Positions 40,807-58,626 of a DNA stretch of 64,000 nt are shown one piece after another. Made by a program: the position numbers and the translations under genes. Under the pieces are notes generated by a model. It saw only the letters and a list, made by a program, of their open reading frames with translations. It was not told the origin of the DNA and made no database searches. Numbering within the stretch: position 1 is the first letter of the stretch; every line of letters starts with the position of its first letter. The stretch is taken from assembly GCF_044324875.1 (NCBI RefSeq), contig NZ_CP172185.1; one strand, 5' to 3'. The DNA is from Escherichia coli (GTDB lineage Bacteria; Pseudomonadota; Gammaproteobacteria; Enterobacterales; Enterobacteriaceae).

Positions 40807-43512
40807 TTATTGCAGGCGACCATGGCACTGCTTGTATTTTTTACCAGAACCGCACGGGCAAGGATCGTTACGTCCTACTTTGCGTTCACCGGTTTGCGCC
40901 GCCAGTGCAGCTGCGGCTGCAGAGTCGTCATCCTGATGGCTAAGCTGCTGCATTTGCGCTAAACGCTCGGCTTCCATACGACGCTGTTGTTCCAGCTCCT
41001 CAACCTCTTCAGGCATACGTACCTGAACTTTGCTCAGCGTGCTGATAACTTCATATTTCAACGACTCCAGCATCGCTGCAAACATGGAGAACGATTCACG
41101 TTTGTATTCCTGCTTCGGATCTTTCTGTGCATAGCCACGCAGGTGGATACCCTGACGCAGATAGTCCATCGCCGCCAGGTGCTCTTTCCACAGAGAGTCG
41201 AGAGTTTGCAGCATGACGCCTTTTTCGAAGTGACGCATCATCTCAGCACCAACCACTTCTTCTTTACGCTGATACACTTCGATGGACTGCGCCAGAATGC
41301 GCTCACGCAGCGTCTCTTCATGCAGTTCTGGTTCTTTATCCAGCCACTCGGCAATTGGCAAATCGAGGTCGAAATCGTTCTTCAGACGTTCCTGCAGCCC
41401 CGGAATATCCCACATTTCTTCCAGCGACTGTGGCGGAATGTAGGCATCAATGGTCACTTTGAACACATCTTCACGAATGCTGTTGATGGTTTCGCTCACA
41501 TCGCTGACATCCAGCAGTTCGTTACGCTGGGAGTAAATGGCGCGACGCTGATCGTTAGCCACGTCATCATATTCCAGCAGTTGCTTACGAATGTCGAAGT
41601 TACGACTTTCAACTTTACGCTGGGCGTTGGCAATCGCTTTAGTCACCCACGGGTGTTCAATGGCTTCGCCTGGCTTCATACCCAGTTTACGCATCATGCC
41701 GGATACTCGGTCGGAGGCAAAAATACGCATCAGCGCATCTTCCATCGACAGGTAGAAACGGGAAGAACCAGCATCCCCCTGACGACCAGAACGACCGCGC
41801 AACTGGTTATCGATACGACGGGATTCGTGACGTTCAGTACCGATGATATGCAGGCCACCTGCTGCCAGTACCGCATCGTGACGAACCTGCCAGTCGGCCT
41901 TAATTTTTTCAATTTGCTCTGCGGTCGGATTTTCCAGCGCGGCAACTTCTGCCTGCCAGCTACCACCGAGCACAATATCTGTACCACGACCCGCCATGTT
42001 GGTCGCGATAGTCACCGCAGCCGGATAACCTGCCTGAGCAACAATCGCCGCTTCGTTGGCGTGGAATTTGGCGTTAAGGACGTTGTGCTTAATACCGGCT
42101 TTGGTCAGTTCGTTTGACACCAGCTCCGATTTTTCGATGGAGATAGTACCCACCAGCACCGGCTGGCCTTTCGCAGTACGTTCTTTGATATCTTCAATGA
42201 TCGCCTGAATTTTTTCCGCTTCAGTCATGTAGACCAGGTCCGGCAGATCTTTACGAATCATTGGACGGTTGGTCGGAACAACGACGGTATCCAGCTTGTA
42301 GATGGAGCTAAATTCGAAAGCTTCGGTATCAGCAGTACCGGTCATCCCCGCCAGTTTTTCATACAGACGGAAGTAGTTCTGGAAGGTGATCGACGCCAGC
42401 GTCTGGTTTTCGTTCTGGATCTGTACACCTTCTTTCGCTTCCACTGCCTGATGCAGGCCATCGGACCAACGACGTCCCTGCATGGTACGACCGGTGTGTT
42501 CGTCAACGATGATAACTTCACCATCTTTAACGATGTAGTCGACGTCTCGGGTAAACAGCGCATGAGCGCGCAGCGCCGCCGTTACGTGGTGCATCAGCAT
42601 GATGTTGGCCGGAGAGTACAGAGACTCCCCTTCATCCATGATGCCTTCTTTCACCAGCAGTTCTTCAATCAGCACCAGACCACGTTCGGTCAGGTTCACC
42701 TGGCGAGATTTTTCGTCCACCGAGAAGTGGCCTTCGCCCTGGAAGGTTTCGGAGTCTTCTTTTTCCTGACGGATCAGGTGCGGAATAATTTTATTCACGC
42801 GTTTATACATTTCCGAGCTGTCTTCTGCCGGGCCGGAAATGATCAGCGGTGTACGCGCTTCATCGATCAGGATGGAGTCCACTTCGTCCACCAGCGCATA
42901 GTGCAGTTTACGCTGTACACGTTCTTCAGGGCTGAACGCCATGTTATCGCGCAGGTAGTCAAAGCCGTATTCGTTGTTCGTACCGTAAGTGATGTCAGCT
43001 GCGTAAGCTTCACGCTTCGCCGGTGCTGGCATGCCCGGCAGGTTGATACCGACAGTCAGGCCAAGGAATTCAAACAGCGGACGGTTGTTTTCGGCGTCAC
43101 GTTGCGCCAGGTAGTCGTTGACGGTAACAACGTGTACGCCCTTACCGGTTAATGCGTTCAGGTAAGCAGGCAGCGTTGCGGTCAGGGTTTTACCTTCACC
43201 GGTACGCATTTCGGCGATGCAGCGTTCGTTAAGAACCATACCGCCGAGTAACTGAACGTCGAAGTGACGCATACCAAAGACGCGCTTACTTGCCTCACGC
43301 ACCACGGCGAAAGCTTCCGGGATCAGATTTTCCAGCACTTCGCCTTTTTCAAGACGTGCACGAAACTCTGCAGTTTTCCCTTTCAGTTCTTCGTCGGAGA
43401 GTTTTTCCATCTCCGGTTCCATGGCATTGATGATGTTGACCACTTTGCGCATCCGGCGCAGGGTGCGATCGTTACGACTACCGAAAACTTTAGTTAATAA
43501 TTTGATTAGCAT
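40807..43512 (-). CDS. secA: preprotein translocase ATPase SecA
   Basis: 901 aa, [25 protein letters not shown]..., C-terminal zinc site [14 protein letters not shown]. Confidence 0.95.
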   Translation of the reverse strand: MLIKLLTKVFGSRNDRTLRRMRKVVNIINAMEPEMEKLSDEELKGKTAEFRARLEKGEVLENLIPEAFAVVREASKRVFGMRHFDVQLLGGMVLNERCIAEMRTGEGKTLTATLPAYLNALTGKGVHVVTVNDYLAQRDAENNRPLFEFLGLTVGINLPGMPAPAKREAYAADITYGTNNEYGFDYLRDNMAFSPEERVQRKLHYALVDEVDSILIDEARTPLIISGPAEDSSEMYKRVNKIIPHLIRQEKEDSETFQGEGHFSVDEKSRQVNLTERGLVLIEELLVKEGIMDEGESLYSPANIMLMHHVTAALRAHALFTRDVDYIVKDGEVIIVDEHTGRTMQGRRWSDGLHQAVEAKEGVQIQNENQTLASITFQNYFRLYEKLAGMTGTADTEAFEFSSIYKLDTVVVPTNRPMIRKDLPDLVYMTEAEKIQAIIEDIKERTAKGQPVLVGTISIEKSELVSNELTKAGIKHNVLNAKFHANEAAIVAQAGYPAAVTIATNMAGRGTDIVLGGSWQAEVAALENPTAEQIEKIKADWQVRHDAVLAAGGLHIIGTERHESRRIDNQLRGRSGRQGDAGSSRFYLSMEDALMRIFASDRVSGMMRKLGMKPGEAIEHPWVTKAIANAQRKVESRNFDIRKQLLEYDDVANDQRRAIYSQRNELLDVSDVSETINSIREDVFKVTIDAYIPPQSLEEMWDIPGLQERLKNDFDLDLPIAEWLDKEPELHEETLRERILAQSIEVYQRKEEVVGAEMMRHFEKGVMLQTLDSLWKEHLAAMDYLRQGIHLRGYAQKDPKQEYKRESFSMFAAMLESLKYEVISTLSKVQVRMPEEVEELEQQRRMEAERLAQMQQLSHQDDDSAAAAALAAQTGERKVGRNDPCPCGSGKKYKQCHGRLQ

Positions 43513-43573
43513 AATAAAATCTCAAACGCCCCGCGTTGCGGAGTCAATAAAATGAAGTAAAGGTTTATTGTTG

Positions 43574-45256
<1,683 letters not shown>

Positions 45257-45335
45257 CTATCCAACCGAAGTGTACTATACATTCGGCGGGCCAGTTTAGC
45301 ACAAAGAGCCTCGAAACCCAAATTCCAGTCAATTC

Positions 45336-46487
45336 TTAATCAGCTTGCTTACGCAGGAATGCTGGGATATCCAGATAATCCGGCTCTTTCGCAGTTTGCG
45401 GCGCATTGTCATTCACGACTTTAGCAACCGGCTTCTGCTCCTGGGTCAGCGGAGCCATCCCGTGCTGCTGGTAGCGATCCATCACTGGCTGCTGAACCTG
45501 CTTATTGGTCACCAGAGTGATTTCAGGACGTTTGTCCATGCCGATACCTGTCGCAACAACAGTTACGCGCAGCTCGTCATTCATATCCGGGTCAAGAGAA
45601 GTACCAATAACCACAGTCGCGTTGTCGGAAGCAAATGCACGGATGGTGTTACCTACCGTTTCAAACTCATCCAGACGCAGGTCGAAGCCCGCCGTGATGT
45701 TAACCAGCACGCCGCGTGCGCCAGACAGGTCGATATCTTCCAGCAGCGGAGAAGAGATAGCCATTTCAGCAGCTTCTTCCGCACGGTCTTCACCACTCGC
45801 CACGCCAGAACCCATCATTGCGTAGCCCATTTCAGACATTACGGTGCGTACGTCTGCAAAGTCCACGTTCATCAAACCCGGACGAGTAATCAGTTCGGCG
45901 ATACCTTGCACTGCGCCTTTCAGTACATCGTTCGCTGCGCCAAACGCATCCAGCAGGGAGATACCGCGGCCCAGAACTTTCAGCAGTTTGTCGTTCGGGA
46001 TAGTGATCAGAGAGTCCACATGTTTGGACAGTTCAGTGATCCCCTGCTCCGCGAATGCCATACGCTTCTTGCCTTCAAAGTTGAAAGGCTTAGTGACGAC
46101 AGCAACGGTCAGGATACCCAAATCTTTTGCCACTTCAGCGACGACTGGAGCTGCGCCTGTACCGGTACCACCACCCATACCCGCAGCAATAAAGACCATG
46201 TCTGCACCTTCCAGCGCCGCACGCAGTGCATCGCGATCCTCATCAGCCGCATTACGGCCAACTTCTGGATTAGCGCCAGCGCCCAGTCCTTTGGTGATAC
46301 CGCTACCGATTTGAATCGTCTGTCCAACCGCTGTTTTACGCAGCGCTTGTGCATCGGTATTTACCGCGAAGAATTCAACACCTTCAATGCGCTCGCGCAC
46401 CATGTGTTCAACAGCATTACCGCCGCCGCCGCCGACGCCGATGACTTTAATCACCGCGTCATTGGTAAGTTCCATTGGTTCAAACAT
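45336..46487 (-). CDS. ftsZ: cell division GTPase FtsZ
   Basis: 383 aa, tubulin signature GGGTGTG. Confidence 0.95.
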
Positions 46488-46547
46488 AGTTTCTCTCCGA
46501 TTTGTGCCTGTCGCCTGAGGCCGTAATCATCGTCGGCCTCATAAAAA

Positions 46548-47810
46548 TTAAAACTCTTTTCGCAGCCAACTATTGAGTCGCTTGATCCACGAGCCAACTG
46601 ATGCTGTAACACGTTTTTCTACTTCAGCTTCACCGTTAAGATGTGACTCTTTTCCATAGTGAAGCAATCCCACCGCCGTCGAATAATACGGCTCCTGAGC
46701 ATAATCCGTTAAACCGGTAATGTTCAGCGGCGCGCCGATACGCACTTGCGTATGAAACACGCGCTGAGCACAGGCTGCAAGACCTTCGATCTGCGCTGCG
46801 CCACCAGTTAAAACAATGCCTGCCGCCAGGTGATGTTTAACCCCTTGTTGGCGAAGCTTTTCCTGCAACTGCAATATCTCTTCGTTGACCAAGTTGAGCA
46901 GCTCGGTATAGCGCGGCTCGATCACCTCTGCCAGGGTCTGACGTTGCAGACTCCGCGGTGGACGACCGCCTACGCTCGGCACTTCCACGCTCTCATCTTT
47001 TCCAACGATGGAACCCAGCGCACAACCGTGGCGAACTTTAATCGCTTCGGCGTCGCTTGGCGGCGTGCCAAAGGCGTAAGCGATATCACTGGTCACGACA
47101 TTGCCAGCATAAGGAATTACCTTAGTGTGGCGCAATGCCCCACCGGTATAAACGGCGATATCCATTGTACCACCACCGATATCGACGACGCAGACACCCA
47201 GTTCACGTTCATCTTCCGTCAATACCGAATAACTTGATGCCAGTCCGGCAAATATCAGTTGGTCAACTTTCAGCCCACAACGTTCAACCGCTTTGACGAT
47301 GTTTTTCGCCATATCGTTGTGACATGTGATCAGGTGCACTTTTGCCTGCATCCGCACGCCCGAAAGTCCTACCGGATTCTTGATCCCTTCCTGATAGTCA
47401 ATCGCATACTCTTGCGGGATCACATGCAGCACACGATGCTCATCGCGCACACGCACCGATTTCGCGGTATGGACGACGTTTTCCACATCTTCTTGCGTCA
47501 CTTCTTCTTCAGAAATAGGCACCATACCAATTTCATTCTGGCAGCTGATGTGCTTACCAGAAAGCGCCAGATATACCGAAGAGATCTGACAATCTGCCAT
47601 CAATTCTGCCTGGTCAATGGCGCGTTGTACGCACTTGACCACGGATTCGAGGTCGTTCACCCCGCCTTTATCCATACCACGCGACGGGCAGCTGCCCACG
47701 CCAATGATATTGACCATACCGTCGGGCAGAACTTCCCCTACTAAAGCGGCAACCTTCGCGGTACCAATCTCCAGTCCTACTACCAGTTTTCTGTCCGTCG
47801 CCTTGATCAT
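46548..47810 (-). CDS. ftsA: cell division protein FtsA (actin-like ATPase)
   Basis: 420 aa, [27 protein letters not shown]... Confidence 0.95.
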   Translation of the reverse strand: MIKATDRKLVVGLEIGTAKVAALVGEVLPDGMVNIIGVGSCPSRGMDKGGVNDLESVVKCVQRAIDQAELMADCQISSVYLALSGKHISCQNEIGMVPISEEEVTQEDVENVVHTAKSVRVRDEHRVLHVIPQEYAIDYQEGIKNPVGLSGVRMQAKVHLITCHNDMAKNIVKAVERCGLKVDQLIFAGLASSYSVLTEDERELGVCVVDIGGGTMDIAVYTGGALRHTKVIPYAGNVVTSDIAYAFGTPPSDAEAIKVRHGCALGSIVGKDESVEVPSVGGRPPRSLQRQTLAEVIEPRYTELLNLVNEEILQLQEKLRQQGVKHHLAAGIVLTGGAAQIEGLAACAQRVFHTQVRIGAPLNITGLTDYAQEPYYSTAVGLLHYGKESHLNGEAEVEKRVTASVGSWIKRLNSWLRKEF

Positions 47811-48637
47811 TGTTGTTCTGCCTGTGCCTGATTTTGTTGCTGAGTAGATTCCTCTGGCGGCAAGGGCGCCCAGCCTACTGCCGCTCCAGAGTCATAACGC
47901 AAATCAACGTAGCTAATCCGTTTGCCATCGGTTTGCGCCTGCTGCTGTAAAACCGGATAAAGTTCTACAAAGCGAGCCAAACGTTTCATCGTATCGCCCC
48001 GGCCAAGATTGAGCTTAATATCGTTATTCAGCGTCAACTGCCAGGAACGCCGCGCGGTCATCGCCGCTTCCTTCAGAGTAAATCTGTCCTTTGCCAGCAT
48101 CTGCCCCATTTCGCGATAGCCCTGCAACACTTCATTGGCGCTGCCTTCCGGGCCATACAGCATTGGAAGCACCTGCTTGCTGGTGCGATCTGGAGGCACG
48201 CTGAAAGTGTTTCCTTCCGCGTCTACCATATGTTGATCATTCCACCGCGCAATCGGCACATATTCAACCAGATGAATCTTCAATTCATCAGGCCACTGCT
48301 TTCTGACGCTCACCTGCTTAATCCACGGCAGGCGTTGTTCTATTTGCGTCTGGATGATGTTGACATCCTGGGTCATAAAGGTACCTGGCTCACCCAATGC
48401 CAGGATCGACTGCCGGATATCGTCATTACGCGTGTAATGGCGTTCACCGGTCAACACCAGCTTTGAGAGCGGCAGGCGTTGCGCATCTTCCATCCAGCCC
48501 AACACGACCCAGCCGCTCACCAACACTGTCGTTAAAACGGTCAGCAGGAAAAGGATCCCCGCCAGACGCGTTCCATTATTGCGGCGAGAAGAAACCTCTT
48601 CTTCGCTGTTTCGCGTGTTCAGAGCAGCCTGCGACAT
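47807..48637 (-). CDS. ftsQ: cell division protein FtsQ
   Basis: 276 aa, single TM then POTRA domain; stop overlaps the ftsA start. Confidence 0.92.
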   Translation of the reverse strand: MSQAALNTRNSEEEVSSRRNNGTRLAGILFLLTVLTTVLVSGWVVLGWMEDAQRLPLSKLVLTGERHYTRNDDIRQSILALGEPGTFMTQDVNIIQTQIEQRLPWIKQVSVRKQWPDELKIHLVEYVPIARWNDQHMVDAEGNTFSVPPDRTSKQVLPMLYGPEGSANEVLQGYREMGQMLAKDRFTLKEAAMTARRSWQLTLNNDIKLNLGRGDTMKRLARFVELYPVLQQQAQTDGKRISYVDLRYDSGAAVGWAPLPPEESTQQQNQAQAEQQ

Positions 48638-48638
48638 A

Positions 48639-51027
<2,389 letters not shown>

Positions 51028-51080
51028 TCTTTACGCCATTAACTTCTTAAATTCATACGATGCAAAAGGCATCGCTACAA

Positions 51081-52148
51081 TTACGCCCGGGCAGCCCGGC
51101 TCACTTCATTTGCCACTCGCTCGGTGGCATCCGGAATGGATGCAGCGCGGGCGCGTTCTGCCATGGTTAATAAGGTTTCTCGCGACCACCCGGCCAGGGT
51201 GTTGGCGACAGCATCCACGCTAAGCTGTGGCTGCTCGATAATTTTGGCTGCGCCCGCTTTTTCCAGCGGTAGAGCATTCCAGTATTGCTGGCGGTCTTTA
51301 TGTTGAAACGGCACAAACAACGCCGGTAGTCCTGCCGCAGCGATTTCACTCACCGTTAACGCACCGGAGCGGCAAACGACGACATCCGCCCACGCATACG
51401 CCGCCGCCATATCATCAATAAATTCCGTCACTTTATGCTGCGGTTGCCCCGCTTCGGCATATGCCTGTTCAACGGATTGTTGCGAACCTTTACCGCTCTG
51501 ATGCCAGATAGTGACTGAATCACCCAGTTTCGCAGCAACCTGCGGCATTGTCTGGTTAAGAATGCGTGCGCCCTGGGAACCACCCACTACCAACACACGA
51601 ACCGGACCTTCACGTCCAGCCAAACGTTGCTGCGGCAACGGCAGCGCCAGCACATCGGTACGCACCGGGTTACCCACCACTTCCGCATTAGGGAAAGCGC
51701 CTGGAAACGCCTGCATCACTTTGGTAGCAATCTTCGCCAGCCATTTATTGGTTAAGCCCGCAATACCGTTTTGTTCATGAAGCACAACCGGAATGCCTAA
51801 CGACCACGCGGCCAGACCACCTGGACCTGATACGTAGCCGCCCATACCGAGCACCACGTCAGGTTTGTACGCTTTCATAATCGCCCGCGCCTGACGCCAG
51901 GCGTTGAAGATACGCAGCGGGGCAGCTATCAGTGCTTTTATACCTTTTCCACGCAGACCAGAGATACGAATGAAATCAATTTCGATGCCATGTTTTGGCA
52001 CTAAGTCCGCTTCCATACGGTCGGCAGTCCCCAGCCAGCGAACTTGCCAACCCTGAGCCATTAGATGGTGCGCAACCGCCAGCCCCGGGAATACATGTCC
52101 ACCGGTTCCGCCTGCCATCACCATTAATCGCTTTCCTTGACCACTCAT
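51081..52148 (-). CDS. murG: undecaprenyl-PP-MurNAc-pentapeptide-UDP-GlcNAc GlcNAc transferase
   Basis: 355 aa, [26 protein letters not shown]... Confidence 0.93.
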
Positions 52149-53389
52149 CGTGAACCTCGTACAAACGCCTGCGCTTTCTCCAGACGCGTTTCATAATCAA
52201 TACGCAACAGCATCATGATGGCTGTCGACATAATCAGTAAGCTCGAACCACCGTAACTGATCAGCGGCAATGTCAGACCTTTGGTCGGTAACATCCCCGC
52301 CGCCGCGCCTACGTTAACCAGCGCCTGGAAGCTAAACCAGATGCCAATGGAACAGGCGAGAAAACCGGAAAAACGATGGTCAATTTCTAATGCTTTACGG
52401 CCAATCGACATCGCACGAAAAGCGACGAAGAATACCATTAAAAGTGCTAGTACCACACCGACATAACCTAATTCTTCGCCGATAATGGCGAAAATAAAGT
52501 CAGTGTGCGCTTCCGGCAGATACTCCAGTTTTTGTACCGAGTTACCTAAACCTTGCCCCCAAAGTTCGCCGCGACCAAACGCCATCAGCGATTGCGTTAA
52601 CTGATAGCCGCTGCCAAAGGGATCTTCCCACGGGTTCCAGAATGCGGTAACACGGCGGATACGGTACGGTTCGGCGAGGATCAGCAACACAACCGCTGAA
52701 ATGCCCATACCGATAATGGCAATGAACTGCCACAATTTCGCTCCCGCCAGGAATAACATCGCCAGCGTAGTCACAAACAACACCACCACCGTACCAAGGT
52801 CTGGCTGTGCCAGCAGTAATACTGCTAACACCAGAATCACGCCCATCGGTTTCAGGAAGCCGCGCAGGTTATTACGTACTTCGTCGCCTTTACGCACCAG
52901 ATAGTTGGCGATATAGCAAAACAACGACAGTTTTGTCAGCTCCGCAGGCTGGATACGCAGCAAGCCGAGATCGATCCAACGCGATGCCCCTTTAACAGAG
53001 CTACCCACTACCAGAACGATCATCAACAGGATGATTGATCCGAGTAGCATCGTAGCGCTGTAACGTTGCCAGAACTCCATCGGCAGACGCAGCGTAATGA
53101 TCGCCAGAATGAATGCCAGGATCAGATAGACGCCATCACGCTTCGCGAAGAAGAACGGATCGTTGGTTAAGCGTTGCCCTATGGGCATTGACGCCGAGGT
53201 CACCATGATAAAGCCAATCGCCGCGAGGCCGAAGGTCAGCCACAGTAAGGTGCGATCGTACATGATCAGGCTGTCGGTATCTTTTTCCCGCGAGCCCATC
53301 ACCCAGCCCTTTAGCGCCGTGGAGATCCAGACCAGAATACTGAATCCTGGCAGGCGCGGCATTTTCAGGCGAGGGAGAGATAAACGCAT
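52145..53389 (-). CDS. ftsW: peptidoglycan glycosyltransferase / lipid II flippase FtsW (SEDS family)
   Basis: ORF 52145..53392 begins at TTG; ATG at 53387-53389 ([16 protein letters not shown]) gives 414 aa; overlaps the murD stop by 1 nt. Confidence 0.9.
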
Positions 53390-54705
53390 CAACCTAACTC
53401 CTTCGCCAGACGGGCAAACTCATTGCCTCGTTGTTCAAAGTTCTTGAACTGATCAAGGCTGGCACATGCCGGGGAGAGCAGAACCATATCGCCCGGCTGA
53501 ACACGCGGAGCCAGCAAGCGCATCGCCTGTTCCATGGTTTCGGTTTGTTCTGCCACTTCCGGGCGTAGCGCCGCCAGCTGCGCGCCGTCCCGACCGAAAC
53601 AATACAGACGTACGTTATCGCCATTCAGGTAACGCGCCAGTGGGCTAAAATCTGCCGATTTACCATCGCCGCCCAGCAACAAATGCAGCGTGCCGTCTAC
53701 GTGCAGGCCATTCAGTGCCGCTTCCGTACTGCCGACGTTGGTCGCTTTTGAATCGTTAATCCAGCGCACACCGTTATGCTCCAGCACAACTTCAAAGCGA
53801 TGCGGCAGACCAGTGAATGTGGTTAACGCTTTCAGGCTGCTGGCGCGCGGCAAATCAGCGGCATCTGCCAGTGCCAGAGCTGCCAGTGCATTGGTGTAGT
53901 TATGCTGCCCGGAAAGTTTCATTTCTTTCACGTTCAGCACTTTCTCGCCCTTCACCCGCAGCCAGGTTTCACCCTGCTGATGATTCAGGTGATAGTCACC
54001 CATGTTGACGCCAAAGCTGACACAGCGTTCATCCGCACCGCGAATCGGCATTGTTAAGGCATCATCAGCATTAACCACGCAAATTTTTGCGTTTTCGTAA
54101 ATGCGCAGTTTTGCTGCACGATACTGTTGTAAACCAAACGGATAGCGATCCATATGATCTTCAGTCACGTTCAGAATGGTCGCTGCTACCGCCTGTAAAC
54201 TGGAGGTGGTTTCAAGCTGGAAGCTCGACAGCTCCAGCACGTACAGTTCGCACTCATCATCCAGCAGCATCAACGCAGGCAGGCCAATATTGCCACCCAC
54301 ACCAACGTTAACCCCCGCCGCTTTCGCCATTTCACCCACTAGCGTGGTGACCGTGCTTTTGCCGTTAGAACCGGTGATCGCCACAATCGGTGCTTGTGCT
54401 TCACGACAGAACAGCTCGATATCGCCAACGATTTCGATTCCGGCATCAGCGGCAGCGCTTAAGGATGGATGCGCCAGTGCAATACCGGGACTGGCGACAA
54501 TCAGATCGGCCGCCATCAGCCATTCATCATTCAGACCGCCCGTGTGGCGTTCTACAGCTTCGGGTAATTTATCCAGGCCAGGCGGTGTCATACGCGTATC
54601 CATAACGCGCGGCGTCACACCGCGAGCGAGGAAAAAGTCCACGCAAGAAAGCCCGGTGAGGCCCAGGCCGATAATGACGACATTTTTACCCTGGTAATCA
54701 GCCAT
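53389..54705 (-). CDS. murD: UDP-N-acetylmuramoylalanine--D-glutamate ligase
   Basis: 438 aa, [25 protein letters not shown]... Confidence 0.93.
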
Positions 54706-54707
54706 GA

Positions 54708-55790
54708 TTAACGTACCTTCAGCGTTGCCAGACCAATCAGGACCAGCATCAGCGAAATAATCCAGAAACGTACAATGACGCGCGGTTCCGGCCAGCCTTT
54801 CAGTTCATAGTGGTGATGAATCGGTGCCATGCGGAAAATACGTTGTCCGCGCAGTTTAAAGGAGCCGACCTGCAGGATGACGGAAAGTGTTTCTACCACG
54901 AACACGCCCCCCATAATCACCAGCAGGAATTCCTGACGCAGCAGTACGGCGATAATACCTAACGCACCACCTAACGCCAGCGAACCGACATCGCCCATAA
55001 AGACCTGCGCCGGATAGGTGTTAAACCACAGGAAGCCCAGCCCTGCCCCGACTATCGCGGTACAGACAATGACCAGTTCCCCGGCGTGTCGTAGATACGG
55101 TATGTGTAAATAGCTGGCAAAGTTCATGTTGCCGGTCGCCCACGCCACCAGCGCAAAACCACCGGCGACAAATACGGTCGGCATAATTGCCAGACCGTCG
55201 AGACCATCGGTCAGGTTTACCGCGTTGCCTGTACCCACAATGACGAAGTAAGCCAGCAGAATGTAGAACAGCCCCAGTTGCGGCATCACATCTTTAAAGA
55301 ACGGAACCACCAGCTGCGTTGCGGGCGTGTCTTTGCCGGCAAGGTACAGCGCGAAGGCTACACCCAGCGCAATGACCGACATCCAGAAATACTTCCAACG
55401 AGCGATCAACCCTTTGGTGTCTTTACGCACCACTTTGCGATAGTCATCAACAAAGCCAATGATGCCGTAACCTACCAGCACCACCAGTACGCACCAGACG
55501 TACGGATTGGATGGATAAGCCCACAGCAGCACGGAGATCACAATCGCTGTCAGGATCATAATCCCGCCCATGGTCGGCGTACCGCGCTTGCTGAAGTGTG
55601 ATTCAGGACCGTCGTTACGCACTACCTGACCAAAGGAAAGTTTTTGCAAATGAGCAATCATACGCGGGCCCATCCACAATGAGATGAACAGCGCGGTCAG
55701 CAGGCTGACGATGGCGCGAAACGTCAGATAGGAAAAGACGTTAAAGCCGGAATAATATTTGACCAAATGTTCGGCCAGCCAAACTAACAT
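54708..55790 (-). CDS. mraY: phospho-N-acetylmuramoyl-pentapeptide transferase
   Basis: 360 aa, [27 protein letters not shown]..., polytopic membrane protein. Confidence 0.93.
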
Positions 55791-57142
55791 GTCCCATTCT
55801 CCTGTAAAGCGCGTACTACCTCTTCCATGGCGGCACTACGTGAACCCTTAACTAAAATCGTAATTACCTGTTGCTCAGCAATCAGTGATTTAATACGCGC
55901 GATAAGCGCTGTTTTATCTGCAAAATGTTCGCCAACGCCGCTGGCGGTGCTGATAGCATGGCTTTGTTTACCCACGCTTAACACGCGGTCAATACCAGCA
56001 GCTTTTGCCGCCTCGCCCACCTGTACATGGCAGGCTTCGCTTTCAGCGCCCAATTCCGCCATATCGCCCACCACCAGCACGCGGTAGCCCGGCATTTCAG
56101 CCAGTACCTGGACTGCTGCGGTCATTGAACCGACATTGGCGTTGTAGGAGTCGTCGAGCAGCAACTGGTTTTCCGCCAGTTGGATGGGGAACAGACGGCC
56201 TGGAACAGCTTTCAGATTTGCCAGCCCCGCTTTGATAGCATCAAGCGTTGCGCCCACGGACATGGAGAGCGCAGCGGCTGCCAGCGCATTCGCAATATTG
56301 TGACGCCCTGGAAGCGGCAGCAGAACATCGACGCTACCTGTTGGGGTTTGGAGGGTAAATTCCGTACCGTGCGAAGTCACATGGATGTTGGTGGCGGTGA
56401 AATCGCTGTTGGCGGCATTGGGTGAGAAACGCCACACTTTGCGTGAGCCAATTACGCTCTGCCAGTTCAGCCAGTCGTTGTTGTCAGCGTTCATGATGGC
56501 GATACCGTTTTCCGGCAGGCCGCTAAAGATTTCACCTTTCGCTTTCGCGACACCCGCAAGCGAGCCAAAACCTTCCAGATGTGCCGCTGCCAGGTTGTTG
56601 ACCAGCGCCGCTTCCGGGCGAGTCAGACTCACAGTCCAGGCAATTTCGCCCTGATGGTTCGCGCCAAGTTCAATAACTGCGAAATCGTATTCCGGCGTTA
56701 AGCGCAGCAGCGTCATCGGTACACCGATGTCGTTGTTGAGATTGCCTGCCGTATAAAGTGTGTTGCCGCACTGGCTTAAAATTGCCGCCGTCATCTCTTT
56801 AACAGAGGTTTTGCCGGAGGAGCCCGTCAGAGCAACCACGCGCGCCGGAACTTGCTGGCGAACCCATGCAGCCAGTTCACCAAACGCCAGACGCGTATCC
56901 TTGACGATTAACTGCGGCAGATCGATATCCAGCGGACGGCTGACCAGTAGTGCGCCCGCGCCGCCAGCTTTCGCCTGGTCGGCAAAATCATGAGCATCGA
57001 AACGTTCGCCTTTCAGAGCAACAAACAGGCAGCCCGGCGTCAGTTTTCGCGTGTCAGTGGTTACAGCATCAAGGGTGATATCTGCACCTTGCAGTTCACC
57101 GTTGAGAATATCGGTAAGTTGGCTAAGGGTTACGCTAATCAT
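55784..57142 (-). CDS. murF: UDP-MurNAc-tripeptide--D-alanyl-D-alanine ligase
   Basis: 452 aa, [30 protein letters not shown]... Confidence 0.92.
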
Positions 57143-58626
57143 GCAATCACCCCCAGCAGACGCGCCACCGTGACGCGATCGGAGTAGTCCAGACGCTGAT
57201 TGCCAACAATCTGGTAATCCTCATGGCCTTTGCCCGCGACCAGTACCACATCATTCTCTTTAGCCTGCATAACGGCGCAAGTCACCGCTTCAGCACGGCC
57301 TTCCATCACTTTGGCATGTCCGGCATCTAACATTCCCGCCAGAATATCGTTGATGATGGCACGCGGTTCTTCGGTACGCGGGTTATCGTCCGTTACCACC
57401 GCCACGTCAGCAAACTCTTCAGCAATTGCGCCCATCAGTGGACGTTTGCCTTTATCACGATCGCCACCACAGCCAAAGACGCACCACAGCTTGCCCGCAC
57501 AGTGCAGGCGCGCCGCCTGTAAGGCTTTTTCCAGTGCATCCGGCGTATGCGCGTAATCCACCACTACCGTCGGTTTGCCTGGCGCAGTGAACACTTCCAT
57601 ACGTCCACAAACCGGCTGCAGGCGTGCGGCAGTTTTCAGCAAGTCAGACAACGGATAGCCCAGCGCCAGCAGCGTCGCCAGCGCCAGCAGCAAGTTGCTG
57701 ACGTTAAAAGCGCCCATCAGATGGCTTTCAATTTCGCCATCGCCCCAGCTTGAGCTAAAGCGAATCGTCGCACCGCTGTCGTGATAGTTCACTTCGGTCG
57801 CTTTCAACCAGCGTCCGTGACAGTTCGGATTGATATGATCTTCCATTGATACCGCAACCGCGTCTGGCAGTTTTGCCAGCCAGCGGCGACCCACTTCATC
57901 GTCGGCGTTAACAATCGCCTGACCGCAATGATGTGCAGAATAAAGCAGCCATTTCGCGGCTTCGTAGTGTTCCATATCACCATGATAATCAAGGTGATCG
58001 CGGCTTAAGTTGGTAAAGACCGACGCCGCAAATTTCAATGCCGCCACACGGTGCTGTACCAGCCCGTGGGAGGAAACTTCCATTGCGCAAAAAGTCGCGC
58101 CATGATCCACCAGCCCCGCCAGCTCATGCTGAACATCGACTGCCGAACCGGTTGTATTTTCTGTCGGGATCACTTTCCCCAGGAGGCCGTTACCAACGGT
58201 GCCCATTACCGCGCTGGTTTCGCCAAGCAGTTGGCTCCACTGTGCCAGCAGCTGGGTCGTCGTGGTTTTGCCGTTGGTGCCCGTTACGCCCACGAGACGT
58301 AAATTGTCAGAGGGTTCATGGTAAAAGCGGCCCGCCAGTGCAGATAAACGCTCGTTGAGCTGGCTGAGATAGATGACCGGTACGCCGTGCATTTCACGGA
58401 TTTCACCGTCGGTCGCCTCATCTTTCGCCTCTGCAATAATGGCAGCCACACCTTGCGCTATCGCCTGCGGGATATATCGACGCCCGTCCGCCTGATGACC
58501 TACTACAGCTACAAAGAGATCGCCCGCCGCAGCCACACGGCTGTCGAGTGTCATCTCTCGCAGTGCTCGCGAAGGTGCGTCTGGCACCCACGGAGCAAGA
58601 AGGTCGCGCAAATTACGATCTGCCAC
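57139..58626 (-). CDS. murE: UDP-MurNAc-L-Ala-D-Glu--2,6-diaminopimelate ligase
   Basis: 495 aa, [30 protein letters not shown]... Confidence 0.92.

Noticed and set aside
40987-42117. 376-aa plus-strand ORF inside secA; similar long antisense ORFs inside ftsZ (45345..46526), aceF (14681..15910) and lpdA (12950..13807)
   Set aside because: All lie entirely within well-conserved genes on the opposite strand; treated as spurious
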